Origin: a virus
Lineage: Duplodnaviria; Heunggongvirae; Uroviricota; Caudoviricetes
Direction: 5' to 3' (one strand)
Length of the DNA: 64,000 bases
Virus record (IMG/VR): IMGVR_UViG_3300012943_000028
Location: 32,001 to 96,000 of that record
A model generated the notes under the pieces. It saw only the letters and a list, made by a program, of their open reading frames with translations, searched no databases and had not been told where the DNA came from. The position numbers and the translations under genes are program-made. Shown here piece by piece: positions 9,574-18,948 of the stretch; position 1 is the first letter of the stretch; each line of letters starts with the position of its first letter.

Positions 9574-10713
9574 TCAGGCGTCGTTGTATTTGCTCGCCAC
9601 GGTTGGGCGAGTCTCGTCTGAATCGAGCGACATGATCACGTCGGCCCTGCGACCATCAACGCTTTCAAGCGATGAGCGTGGCTGCACAAGCTGCGGAAGG
9701 GTGATCACCTCTCGACCTAGCTCTTCAGGAAGAGCCTCACGATTGATTCCTGCTTGAGCTTCTTCGGCCATCCTATCGGCCCATCCAGGAGGGGATTCCT
9801 GGTTGAGGTCAACGGACGTCATCTCTCCACGTTCAACGAGTTCGTCCATACCCTTTTGAAGGTCCTCAGCGCTGAAGCTGGAATTCAGGACTGCGTCTGG
9901 ATCACCGGCCTTTTCTACCTGTTCCTTGTAGTACGAGTCCACCTGCTCATTGGTAACAGCGTCTTCGGCTGGAGCTGGCGGTGCCAGCGTTGGCATCTTG
10001 AAGTCTGGGTCAGGCTCAGTGATAGGAACCACCTTTGGCTTCCTGCGTTCGATTAGGAAGTTGGCGGCGATGAGCAGTACGATAGCAAGAGGGTCGAAGA
10101 CGAAGATGATCGTCATGATGACGTACTTCACGGCCTTTTCAGGGGTCGTATTGAACGCCTCAGCGACGTAGAGAATTGGGCCGAGGTCAGCGCTCTTCTT
10201 CACGTTAGCTGCCTTCAGCTGTGGCAACTCCGTGTCAATCTCGGTGAGGCGCTTGTTGATCTTGTCAGACTCGGGAGCAAACTCCTGCATGAGCTGGCGG
10301 CGGGCGCGTGCGTAGTCAGCTGGGAGGTTTGCGATCTGCTTGTCGATTTCCTGCTTGCGCGTCTGCAGGCGGGCCTTCTCATCCTCAAGCGAGGTGATGA
10401 TGATCGTGTCCTGGTTGTTCGTAACGATGGCGTGCTGGAACTGCTGTGACAGGTAACCGAACACACCAGTCGACGTGATGAGCATGAGCACGGCAGTTGC
10501 CGGTATCATGAACGCCTTCATCAGAAGGCGTGTCTCTTTCCAGTACTTGTAGACGAACGAGACGCCGACAACTTTACCGATGTCGAGAGCGATGGCCATC
10601 AAGATGATGACCGGGTTCATGTTGAAAAGATGACCCAGACCGGCAACGCTGATGTACGTACCAATGCTTTCGATGAAGAGGGCAGCGAAGAGGATCAGGG
10701 CGATGAAGAACAT
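9574..10713 (-). CDS. membrane protein with coiled coil and acidic tail
   Basis: Three N-terminal TM segments, coiled coil, IIFVFDPLAIVLLIAAN TM segment. Confidence 0.75.
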   Translation of the reverse strand: MFFIALILFAALFIESIGTYISVAGLGHLFNMNPVIILMAIALDIGKVVGVSFVYKYWKETRLLMKAFMIPATAVLMLITSTGVFGYLSQQFQHAIVTNNQDTIIITSLEDEKARLQTRKQEIDKQIANLPADYARARRQLMQEFAPESDKINKRLTEIDTELPQLKAANVKKSADLGPILYVAEAFNTTPEKAVKYVIMTIIFVFDPLAIVLLIAANFLIERRKPKVVPITEPDPDFKMPTLAPPAPAEDAVTNEQVDSYYKEQVEKAGDPDAVLNSSFSAEDLQKGMDELVERGEMTSVDLNQESPPGWADRMAEEAQAGINREALPEELGREVITLPQLVQPRSSLESVDGRRADVIMSLDSDETRPTVASKYNDA

Positions 10714-11219
10714 TACGTTGAAAGCTCCGTGTACGAGTTGAGCCAAATCTTGCGGCGCACGACCCACACGTCAACTGGGTTCTCACGGCTGCGGGCGATA
10801 AAGTCACCTGGCTCATAGGCTTGTAGGTTCTGGATACCGTCAACGGTCTCACCCCAAAGACCGACGATGTACGACGGCAGCATCGAGGCGCTGAGTGGAA
10901 CCTCATAGAAGTCAACGCTGTTCTCAGCCTTTGGCTGGCAGATCATCCAGCCGTCGGCGTCGATGTCAGTGACGTCATACTTCTTTAGTAGCGTCTTTGG
11001 CGCCTGCTGCCACGCGTCATTGCCTTCACCGATACAGAACATCGTGTTCTCGTGGATCGGCTCTTTGGCCTCGAGGGTGTCGATGAGAAACTTTGACATC
11101 ACGGAACGGTCTACGAGGAGGTTGACCATCGCCTTAGCTCGCAGGCCCTTCGTCTTCTTGGCAATGCGCCACTTCTCAACCGATTTCGGATCGAAGATGA
11201 AGAACTTGGCCTGGATCAT
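10713..11219 (-). CDS. hypothetical protein
   Basis: ORF in operon; TLE...GDFI...DVWVVRRKIWLNSY. Confidence 0.6.
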   Translation of the reverse strand: MIQAKFFIFDPKSVEKWRIAKKTKGLRAKAMVNLLVDRSVMSKFLIDTLEAKEPIHENTMFCIGEGNDAWQQAPKTLLKKYDVTDIDADGWMICQPKAENSVDFYEVPLSASMLPSYIVGLWGETVDGIQNLQAYEPGDFIARSRENPVDVWVVRRKIWLNSYTELST

Positions 11220-11584
11220 ACGCCCAACCAGCTGTTGATGAACGGGAACGGCGAGTTGATAAGGTGCAGCGTTGCGACCATACACGTCATGTGAACGGCC
11301 TGGTCAATTCCGATAACTGCAAAGAACCAATGACGCTCGTTCTTCTTCCACAGCCACGATGTGGCCTTCGATGAAAAGAAGTCAGTTGCCCAGTGCAGCA
11401 CGCCGTTAACCAACGCGTACTGCCAGCCGAGGAGGATAAGGAATGGGAGCGTGTAAACGCTGACGTGAATTGTCAGCCACTTTGCAGAGCCGCTCTTGCT
11501 CGTTGCCATCTTGTCAGTTTGCAGGAAAAAGTCAGCGAACAGGTGCATCCAGATGATCAACAAAAACGCGTTGAGATAGTTCAT
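11216..11584 (-). CDS. DUF3307-like membrane protein
   Basis: HLFADFFLQT, H..VY, HWATD, DQAVH motifs. Confidence 0.85.
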   Translation of the reverse strand: MNYLNAFLLIIWMHLFADFFLQTDKMATSKSGSAKWLTIHVSVYTLPFLILLGWQYALVNGVLHWATDFFSSKATSWLWKKNERHWFFAVIGIDQAVHMTCMVATLHLINSPFPFINSWLGV

Positions 11585-11616
11585 AGAACCTCCAGCGGTG
11601 ACAACGATGGTTTCCA

Positions 11617-11940
11617 TCAGTATGCGTAGTCTATGGCGACTGACTCATCATCGGCTGTTGCAAGCACCCACTCATCATCTGACTTCCAGACCTTGACGCC
11701 TTCGTGATCGAAGCCGATGGTCCACTTGCCAGGCTGAATGAGAACGATGTCGCCGTTCTTGAAGTCCTCAACGTCTGGGCCAACGGCCAAGACCTTTGCC
11801 CAGCGGGCGTATGTGCCCTGCTTGTCGGTCTCTGGACGGGTGAGGAGGATGCGGCCCTTGTTTTTCTGGAGGAACTGACCCTCAACGGTGTCGTTCAAGA
11901 ATGCGAACAAAAAGTTCCTACCAAGCGGTCTAATCGCCAT
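11617..11940 (-). CDS. GroES-like co-chaperonin
   Basis: IRPLGRN..., AKVLAVGPDVEDFKNGDIVL. Confidence 0.75.
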   Translation of the reverse strand: MAIRPLGRNFLFAFLNDTVEGQFLQKNKGRILLTRPETDKQGTYARWAKVLAVGPDVEDFKNGDIVLIQPGKWTIGFDHEGVKVWKSDDEWVLATADDESVAIDYAY

Positions 11941-11969
11941 ACAGAAGTCTCCTAATTTTCGACTGTCGC

Positions 11970-12215
11970 TTACTTGGAAGCGGCTACTGACGCCTCAGCG
12001 GCCTCGGCAGCTACTGCCAATGGGGAATCTGCATCGACCTTCTTTGCTGGAGGTACGATGAAGTTCTCCTTCGTCTTGATGCCATCCTTTTCGTCGATGA
12101 ACTTGCGGCGCTGGTTGACGCTCACAGGCACAGGCGTTGTGGCAAGCTGCTCCTTGATGGCGAGCAGATCAAAATCTACGGCTTCACCACGGGCAGAACG
12201 GGCTTTTCTAGTCAT
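11970..12215 (-). CDS. hypothetical protein
   Basis: ORF behind a TAAATA motif; RSARGEAVDFDLL. Confidence 0.6.
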   Translation of the reverse strand: MTRKARSARGEAVDFDLLAIKEQLATTPVPVSVNQRRKFIDEKDGIKTKENFIVPPAKKVDADSPLAVAAEAAEASVAASK

Positions 12216-12263
12216 TAGGGAAACTCCAAAAGAGGGTATCGGATGTGATAGCTCTGTGAGTAG

Positions 12264-12269
12264 TATTTA
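12264..12269 (-). promoter_or_regulatory. late-type promoter motif TAAATA
   Basis: Recurrent intergenic motif resembling the T4 late promoter TATAAATA. Confidence 0.55.
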
Positions 12270-12292
12270 TCTTGCCCCGCCCAAAAACAGGT

Positions 12293-12571
12293 TCACGCCT
12301 TGACCTCAACCGGCACCCCATTAGTGTCCGTGAACCAATCAGGTCGAGCAAACCTGCTCGTGAAAAGGTAACTATCACGCTTCTCTGAGTCCAGAGCGAA
12401 GGCCTCTGGCCAGTTCTTCATGATCTCTGCCTCGTCATCAGCGTAGGCGACGATCACCCAGTAGTCGCCCTTGCTATTTTCACCGCTGCCAGTGCACCAG
12501 TAGGGGTGCTTGAGCGGCCATACAACTGGACGATAGTCAGGTTCGTGCGTAAAGAAGCGACAGCGGATCAT
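12293..12571 (-). CDS. hypothetical protein
   Basis: DYRPVVWPLKHPYWCTG...WPEA...RFARPDWF; ATGA overlap. Confidence 0.65.
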   Translation of the reverse strand: MIRCRFFTHEPDYRPVVWPLKHPYWCTGSGENSKGDYWVIVAYADDEAEIMKNWPEAFALDSEKRDSYLFTSRFARPDWFTDTNGVPVEVKA

Positions 12572-12807
12572 GAGAACTCCACCTCAGCGTGTGTTTCGAT
12601 CCATGCCCGAGCGCCGCATGAAAGCGGCTTCTCTGGGCGGTAAAAGAATTCTGACGGGCCGTTGATCTTCACCGTGCGTGCCTTGTGTGGGCCCTTGCTC
12701 GTCTGCACAGTGAGCGGAGGAAGGTCGGTTCCATGCTTGAGGTTTGAGGCAATCACGTGCTTGTCAACGTGAAGGCGCTTGATGGTTCCTGCTGCGAGCT
12801 TAGTCAT
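12568..12807 (-). CDS. hypothetical phage protein
   Basis: LHVDKHVI...KPLSCGARAWIET. Confidence 0.65.
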   Translation of the reverse strand: MTKLAAGTIKRLHVDKHVIASNLKHGTDLPPLTVQTSKGPHKARTVKINGPSEFFYRPEKPLSCGARAWIETHAEVEFS

Positions 12808-13333
12808 GGAAGAACTCCTCCATTGCAATGCCATACTTGATAGGGTCTACCTTGTGCAGCCCAATGATGAACAACACGAGCGAAGCGCACGAAGAACCAC
12901 GGCCAACTCCCCACACAGTCTTCGTCTTCACGAGCTCATCAATGACGTACATGAGCGCCTTAACAAGCTGCTCCATCCCGCGAGTTTTGATCTCCATCAT
13001 CTCGGCCTTGATGCGCTCCTGGTATGGAGCTGCAGCAATGCGGTTGTTGATGGTGAGAAAATCAATCAGTCGTTCCTGTACCTCACGATCGAGGTCCATC
13101 TTCATGTACTCTTGCGGAACCTTCCAGCTCATGTTGAGCGGGCGGTTCTTGTCCTTGCCAACTGCAAGATGTTCCTCTGAGAACTGATTGAACTGTCTGG
13201 TGTCATCGTTCTCTTCAGTGAGAGCAATGAGCTCTGGCGGAACGCCACCTAGAAAGAGCTCTGGGACCAGCGCAGGGTCTACCTGACTGGTCCCATCGAA
13301 CCACAGCGTTCTGTTGTTCAGCTCGACCTTCAT
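12800..13333 (-). CDS. DnaE (DNA Pol III alpha)-like fragment, N-terminal half of a split core
   Basis: ERIKAEMMEI...WGVGRGSSCASLVLFIIGLHKVDPIKYGIAMEEFF matches DnaE GPGRGS..GSLVAY.L.IT..DP....L.FERF. Confidence 0.85.
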   Translation of the reverse strand: MKVELNNRTLWFDGTSQVDPALVPELFLGGVPPELIALTEENDDTRQFNQFSEEHLAVGKDKNRPLNMSWKVPQEYMKMDLDREVQERLIDFLTINNRIAAAPYQERIKAEMMEIKTRGMEQLVKALMYVIDELVKTKTVWGVGRGSSCASLVLFIIGLHKVDPIKYGIAMEEFFHD

Positions 13334-13929
13334 TAGAAGATGCAGTTCAAGCCGATGACCAGCGACAGTCCAATGATGATGACGCCGACCACGATGCGGG
13401 CAATGGCGCCTTCATCGTTCTCGCTCGTTTCGATGACGACCTTGCGCTGCCACATTCCCCACAGGAAGGGCTTGTAGTCGTACTTGTAGCTCGAACCCCA
13501 GCGGTACTTGATCAGCACGTAGGCGCCGAGGATGGAGCCGAAGAGCACGAGCAGCGAGCCGATGACGACACCGAGAACGTCCTTGCCGATCACCTTGTAG
13601 ACGACCACGCCGACGGTCACCTTGCCCAACGGCGTTGCGGCGAACTCGTTGGCGGCGACGCCGACTTCCTTGGCGGCACCGACGACTGCACGACCCATGT
13701 TGGCGCCCATTTCACCCCATGCCTCGGCTTCCTTGCGGACCGTGGCCGAGAGGTTCACGTCGGGGTTGACCACACCCTTCACGGTGTCGGCCTTCATCTT
13801 GGCGATCTGCAGGTCGATGTCGGCCTTCTGGGCTTCCGTCAGCCCACGGGTATCGGCCGTCTGGGCCATGGCGCCGGCGGAGAACAGCAGCGCACACGCC
13901 GCTGCAAATGCGATCATCGTCTTCTTCAT
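13333..13929 (-). CDS. signal-peptide-bearing membrane protein
   Basis: N-terminal signal peptide (AGAMA) and two TM segments. Confidence 0.7.
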   Translation of the reverse strand: MKKTMIAFAAACALLFSAGAMAQTADTRGLTEAQKADIDLQIAKMKADTVKGVVNPDVNLSATVRKEAEAWGEMGANMGRAVVGAAKEVGVAANEFAATPLGKVTVGVVVYKVIGKDVLGVVIGSLLVLFGSILGAYVLIKYRWGSSYKYDYKPFLWGMWQRKVVIETSENDEGAIARIVVGVIIIGLSLVIGLNCIF

Positions 13930-14417
13930 AGCTTCATCTCCTTTAGGTTGGACTCTTGAAGTGTTTCACAGGCAAAGTGCTGAACTGGGACCCTGCGTGA
14001 CCGAAGAAACTCGATCCCATCAGTGTTTCGGTAGATTTCATCGTACACCACCCGCTTGATGCCGCTCTGCCACATGAGCTTGGCGCACTCGATGCATGGT
14101 GACATGGTGATGTAGACGGTGGCGCCATAGCAGCCCTTGCCGCCGTTTTTTGCGAGCTTGGCGAGGGCATTGGATTCAGCGTGAAGAACTTCCGGCTTTG
14201 TGCGCAGCTCACCATTTTCATCGATGAACTCGCACACGTCATCAATCTCGCCCGCTGGCAGGCCGTTGTAGCCGTCAGAGATGATCTGGTCTCCAAGAAC
14301 GATGAGGGCACCGACCTGCTTGCGCACGGCCTTCGATCGGCGAGCCCAAACGTAGGCCATGTTGATGTAGGCCTCGTCAAGTGAAAGACGGTTTGGGTTA
14401 ATGGAGAGTTGAGTCAT
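13926..14417 (-). CDS. dCMP deaminase
   Basis: QVGALIV, DGYNG, HAESNA, SPCIECAK. Confidence 0.93.
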   Translation of the reverse strand: MTQLSINPNRLSLDEAYINMAYVWARRSKAVRKQVGALIVLGDQIISDGYNGLPAGEIDDVCEFIDENGELRTKPEVLHAESNALAKLAKNGGKGCYGATVYITMSPCIECAKLMWQSGIKRVVYDEIYRNTDGIEFLRSRRVPVQHFACETLQESNLKEMKL

Positions 14418-14733
14418 CGTCGGTTCCGTCGTCAGGGATCATGTTGAGAGCGAACTCCTCTTCGACGTCAAGCAACGTCTCCATGAGAAGTGCAAAGAAC
14501 CCGAAGTTGCCAGCCTCCACCTGAGATGAGAGCTCACTGAAGAGCGCATCCATGAGAACACCGTTCAGACCAGAGATGTTCGTGAAGGTCTGCACTCCGG
14601 CATCGTTCCGCTTTGCGAGAACGAGCATGACGGCGTAGTCAGGATTCTTGGTCAGCTCAGCGAGCTTCGGTTGAATCTCTTCAACCAACGCCGTAAGCGC
14701 AGGATCAACCGGTGGTTTTTCAGGTTCACTCAT
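14398..14733 (-). CDS. hypothetical protein
   Basis: 111-aa acidic ORF behind a promoter-like element. Confidence 0.55.
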   Translation of the reverse strand: MSEPEKPPVDPALTALVEEIQPKLAELTKNPDYAVMLVLAKRNDAGVQTFTNISGLNGVLMDALFSELSSQVEAGNFGFFALLMETLLDVEEEFALNMIPDDGTDDDSTLH

Positions 14734-14769
14734 ACTGGCATTGTATCACGCTGTGAGGGTGATCATAAA

Positions 14770-16416
14770 CTAGACCCTGACCGTGATCTTGTTCGACTTC
14801 AAGTTGATCCACAACCGATCGCCAGGTTGGAACTTGGCGTTGGCCTTCGGGATCATCAGCACGGTGCACTTCTCTTCTCGACCGACCACTGCGAGGTGGG
14901 CGAGCGTGCCGCCGGTCTGGCAGATCAGGAGACCACGGTCCCCGTCCTTGTTCTTCTTGTTGGCACTGATCATGGCCATGTAGTACTTCGGACCGGCGTT
15001 TGGTGCGATGGCGATGCTGCCAGGCGGGACATCCTCATCGGGCTTGGCGAAGACTACCTCGCCGCTGAACCATTCGTCCTTGCCCTTGGAGAGGATTGAG
15101 AACTCGACTCCAGTCCACTCCTCGACCAGCTGAGACCTCGCCTCGAAGGAGGCGCTGCGCACACGCTCGGCGAGCGACTCCGTCTTGTTGTCGCCGTCAT
15201 CATCGAACAGCGTCGTGCTCCGATCGTATGTCTCGCTGAGCGGGATTCCCGCACCCAGCATCCAGTCAGTGTGGTAGGGATCGTCCATCGGCAGCTTCCA
15301 CCCAGAACCAGCGATGCAAGGCCACTCAGGATTTTTCCTGCCGAAGTCTTCGAAGCGGAATCCACGAAGCGCCCAGTGCAGGAAGGCATTGCGTGGCACC
15401 TTGATCGATGCAGGCTCGTAGTTCGGGTGACGCTCATCTCGAAGGTTGAGATCGTACCAGCCACCCAGCTCATCGGCCTGCTTGCGTACCCGAACGGCGT
15501 ACATCTCCTCGATATTGGCGCGCGCCTTGTGGTGCGCTTCCTCACGCCAGTCCCACACCTCACTGGGGATGTTTCTCGTGCGCAGCTTCTTGAACTTCTC
15601 CTCGTACTCGTTTTCAATCTGGCGAATCTGCAGCGTTGTAGTTGCAGCGTCCAGGTCCTTTATGAGCTGCTGCGTAAGCTCACGCGCAAGCGCAGCCTGC
15701 CCATCGGGTGAATCATCCTGCTCTTCGATCGGTGCCGGTGCGGAGGCGATCACGTTTTCGGGATCGTTCTCAATCCTACCATTCACGGCACCACGGAGCG
15801 GCAGCGAGAGCCCCTTGAAGGACCTGATGTGGGCGGCAGGGTCGTTCAATGGGATGTCAAGCCAGAACGGAGGGGTGTTCACCTGCTCACACAGCACGTC
15901 GGTCATCTCGTCGCTCTTGTTGCTGAGGATAACGAGCAGGTCCTTCTCGTGGCTGTTGGCGTAGAAGAGGCTGCGAAGGGCGCCGTTCGGGAAGCGGTTG
16001 CTGGCCCGCATGTCGCCGTTGACGATGTTGCGCTGGCCAGTGTAGGAGCGAGCGAACATCATGTCCTCTTCCTGCCAGCCATGAACGCACGCGTACGGCT
16101 TCCAGTACTTGTCCTTGTACTTGAACACGTGGCCGTACATGTAGTCGAGCTGCTTGGCAACATCCTTGGCGATCTTGCCGGTCTTCGACAGCTTCTTCCA
16201 GCCGAGGTGGCTGTCGGGATTTCCGATCTCGGCGACTCCAGTGAAGGTGGCATGTCCCCTCATGATCTCGATCGCCTGGTCGTGAGTAGTGCCGCAGTCA
16301 TTGACGAGCATCTTGAGCGCCTGCTCCCAGGCTCCCTCGATCACCCTCGTTCTGGCGAAGTTGGAGAGGAACTCGCCGTCGATCTTGAAGTAGACGCGTT
16401 TGACTTCAGCGTTCAT
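14770..16416 (-). CDS. large protein with C-terminal PEP-utilizer mobile (phosphohistidine swivel) domain
   Basis: C-terminal GLLICQTGGTLAHLAVVGREEKCTVL...FQPGDRLWINLKSNKI. Confidence 0.7.
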   Translation of the reverse strand: MNAEVKRVYFKIDGEFLSNFARTRVIEGAWEQALKMLVNDCGTTHDQAIEIMRGHATFTGVAEIGNPDSHLGWKKLSKTGKIAKDVAKQLDYMYGHVFKYKDKYWKPYACVHGWQEEDMMFARSYTGQRNIVNGDMRASNRFPNGALRSLFYANSHEKDLLVILSNKSDEMTDVLCEQVNTPPFWLDIPLNDPAAHIRSFKGLSLPLRGAVNGRIENDPENVIASAPAPIEEQDDSPDGQAALARELTQQLIKDLDAATTTLQIRQIENEYEEKFKKLRTRNIPSEVWDWREEAHHKARANIEEMYAVRVRKQADELGGWYDLNLRDERHPNYEPASIKVPRNAFLHWALRGFRFEDFGRKNPEWPCIAGSGWKLPMDDPYHTDWMLGAGIPLSETYDRSTTLFDDDGDNKTESLAERVRSASFEARSQLVEEWTGVEFSILSKGKDEWFSGEVVFAKPDEDVPPGSIAIAPNAGPKYYMAMISANKKNKDGDRGLLICQTGGTLAHLAVVGREEKCTVLMIPKANAKFQPGDRLWINLKSNKITVRV

Positions 16417-16588
16417 ATGACCACCTTTCCGTTGATGAGCTGTGCTTTCGTTGCCTTCCACGTTTGATCGACCCAGCCACGCTGAGCCGGTGAAGTGACC
16501 TTTGGAACCACCACGCCTGGGTCATAGCCATCCTCGATGTGGTTGTGCAACCACTCGCCCTTGTGCCACGTTTCCCAGACGGTGATGA

Positions 16589-16774
16589 TCATGACGGCAA
16601 AATCACCGTGTCGAGCTGCGTGGCGTCGTTGCGGCTGGCCGCATACCTCGTCTGCAGGTCCTTCGTCCGCTCGTACTGGGCGGCGAGCTTGTCGATCAGC
16701 TCACGGTCCTCGGCGGAAAGATCATCCATGGCGATCTCCTGCACTTCGATTCCTTCTGCACTGCGGTGTCTCAT
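16589..16774 (-). CDS. hypothetical protein
   Basis: GAGGAGG RBS and ATGA overlaps at both ends. Confidence 0.55.
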   Translation of the reverse strand: MRHRSAEGIEVQEIAMDDLSAEDRELIDKLAAQYERTKDLQTRYAASRNDATQLDTVILPS

Positions 16775-16944
16775 TTCTGTTCCTCCTCGATCAAACCGTC
16801 GACGGTGTTTTCGGCCATCTGGGCAGTGAGCCTGGCGGCCAGAATCTGGCGCTTCAGGTAGTCCTCGCTCGCATCTGGTGTGAGGTCCTTGAATGAGGAC
16901 AGCAGACCCTTGAGCTCAAGCAACTTTTCACGGCGAGTCTTCAT
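16771..16944 (-). CDS. small hypothetical protein
   Basis: Manual translation MKTRREKLLELKGLLSSF... with AGGAG RBS. Confidence 0.5.
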   Translation of the reverse strand: MKTRREKLLELKGLLSSFKDLTPDASEDYLKRQILAARLTAQMAENTVDGLIEEEQK

Positions 16945-16953
16945 GGTCTCTCC

Positions 16954-18594
16954 TTACCCTTTGTTTCGTGAGCTGATCATTCCGATCGAAGTCGTTTCCT
17001 GCGGCGCCGGCTGGCCGGCGGGAGCGGAGACATCGATCAGTTCCGACATGGCGCGCGTGATGGCGACATATTCGAGGTTGGATTCCTGCACCATCTGCCA
17101 GTCCTTCTTGGCATACGGTGACGGCATGTACTTCGAGCGGCCGAGGATGTAGACACGCTTCCACTCACGACCCTTTGACTTGTGGATTGTGGAGAGCGTC
17201 AGCACCTTCGGACGTTCACCTGGCTTGGTGTCACCGAACATCGACTCGATGTCATGCACCAGGTCGTCGATCATGTTCTTCTTCTGCTTGAGGCAGCGGT
17301 CGATCACCACCCTCAGGCAGCCGAGCTGGTCGACGAGGCGTTCGATCTTCTCTTCCTGCCCCTTGGCGAGGAACTTGGCGGTCTCGCGTGTCTGGAACTC
17401 GTCCAGCTTGTTGAGCAGCGAGTCGAGGGTCTTGATCTTCCAGCGCCGTGCCAGCTTGATGAGACCAGTTCCGATCTCACGACCTTCAACATGACAGGCG
17501 ATGCCCTTCGAGATGAGCGAGTAGGCAGTCGTGATGAGCGGTGCCGTGTTGCGGCAGAGGATTGCATCGTCACGGTTGAGACCTTCGACCTCCAGCCCGT
17601 CGTAGTTGATCGAGCGGACCGTTCCCTCAGGCGCCTCGTGGTGGGCCGTGAAGTCAGGAACCAACCGCTTGGCCATCTCTACGACCAGCTTGGGGCAGCG
17701 GCGCGTGACGTTCAGCGGGAGCGTGACTGCCTTGGTGGCCTGCTTGAGCTGGTTCATCGAGTCGCTGTCGGCACCGGTGAAGCCGTAGATCGCCTGCCGG
17801 TCGTCGCCGACGAAGATCATGCGTCCACCGTTCGGGTCGAGGATGGCCAGTGCGAGGGCTCGGCGCGCGTCGTTCGTGTCCTGCGACTCGTCGACCAGCA
17901 CCCACTTCTTCTTCCAGAACCGGGCCTTGTAGTAGAGCGGGGCGAGGATCATGTCGTCGAAGTCGATCAGATCGTAGCACATCTTGAGCGAGATGCTGTA
18001 GACCCGCTTGGCGCAGCGGATGATCTCGTCAGCCGACACCATCTCAGTGATGTCGTCTTCGAGGTTGTGGTGGTCGAACAGCTGCATCCAGACCGAGTCG
18101 TCTTCGATCGAGCATGTGACGCCGATGGCCTTCTGCTTGCCGAGGCCGACGAGCTTGCGGATGACGCCTGCGTTTTCAGTGAAGATTGCGCCGTTCTGGC
18201 TGAGCGCACAGTCGGCGATGATGTCGTAGACCTTGTCGTCGTTCTGGTCGACCCGTACAGAAGGAGCGACCTTGCGCCATGCGCTGAAGCCGAAGGAGTG
18301 GACCGTGCCGGCCTGTGCGACCTTCCAGTCGAAGCCGAGTTCTTCAAGCTTGAGCTTGAGCTCGTCGGCGATCTTCTTGTTGTAGGCCATCAGAGCGACA
18401 TCACCCATGCGGGCTGCCACGATGGCTCGTACGACCAACATGAGGGTGAACGTTTTGCCGCAACCAGCCCGAGCCAGTAGCTCGAGGCTGCCATTGCCCT
18501 CCAGCACCCAGCGCAGTACGTCTGTCTGCTGGTCAGAAGGAACGATCTTGTCCTTCTTGAGGAAGTGTCCCAAAACTTTCTGCAACGTGTTCAT
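16954..18594 (-). CDS. superfamily 1 (UvrD/Rep-like) helicase
   Basis: ARAGCGKT, VDESQD, VGDDRQAIYGF, STIHKSKGREW, YVAITRA. Confidence 0.93.
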   Translation of the reverse strand: MNTLQKVLGHFLKKDKIVPSDQQTDVLRWVLEGNGSLELLARAGCGKTFTLMLVVRAIVAARMGDVALMAYNKKIADELKLKLEELGFDWKVAQAGTVHSFGFSAWRKVAPSVRVDQNDDKVYDIIADCALSQNGAIFTENAGVIRKLVGLGKQKAIGVTCSIEDDSVWMQLFDHHNLEDDITEMVSADEIIRCAKRVYSISLKMCYDLIDFDDMILAPLYYKARFWKKKWVLVDESQDTNDARRALALAILDPNGGRMIFVGDDRQAIYGFTGADSDSMNQLKQATKAVTLPLNVTRRCPKLVVEMAKRLVPDFTAHHEAPEGTVRSINYDGLEVEGLNRDDAILCRNTAPLITTAYSLISKGIACHVEGREIGTGLIKLARRWKIKTLDSLLNKLDEFQTRETAKFLAKGQEEKIERLVDQLGCLRVVIDRCLKQKKNMIDDLVHDIESMFGDTKPGERPKVLTLSTIHKSKGREWKRVYILGRSKYMPSPYAKKDWQMVQESNLEYVAITRAMSELIDVSAPAGQPAPQETTSIGMISSRNKG

Positions 18595-18689
18595 CAGCAT
18601 GTCCTCCAAGACTGGAGTCATCCTATCATGAACCTCACAAAAAGTACACTGGTCCCGTTATGTTAAATGAGGCCAGTTATGTAAAATGG

Positions 18690-18938
18690 TCAGTAGAGGT
18701 GGGCTAGAGACCGGACGTAGCAGCACCCGTTCAGGCGATGATATAGAAGGGACCACTGGTTGCTTTTGTTCTGGCGTGCAACGGTTACCGAGGCCTGCTC
18801 ATCGCAGCCAGTGCACCAATGATACGACTCAAGAAGATTTTTCGGAACATCATCAACGCGTTCTGTGTAACAGAACACGCACTTCATCTGCACTCGGTCT
18901 TTTGGAATCCGTGCGAAAAAGTCAATGACCTCTGACAC
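18690..18938 (-). CDS. small CxxC...CxxC protein
   Basis: CVFC and CTGC; GTG start behind GAGGA. Confidence 0.4.
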   Translation of the reverse strand: MSEVIDFFARIPKDRVQMKCVFCYTERVDDVPKNLLESYHWCTGCDEQASVTVARQNKSNQWSLLYHRLNGCCYVRSLAHLY

Positions 18939-18948
18939 TTCACGTCCT

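Noticed and set aside
4472-13333. Split-intein trans-splicing of the DnaE halves, as in cyanobacteria
   Set aside because: Neither half has intein termini (no C/S-start block, no HN-C end) or room for them.
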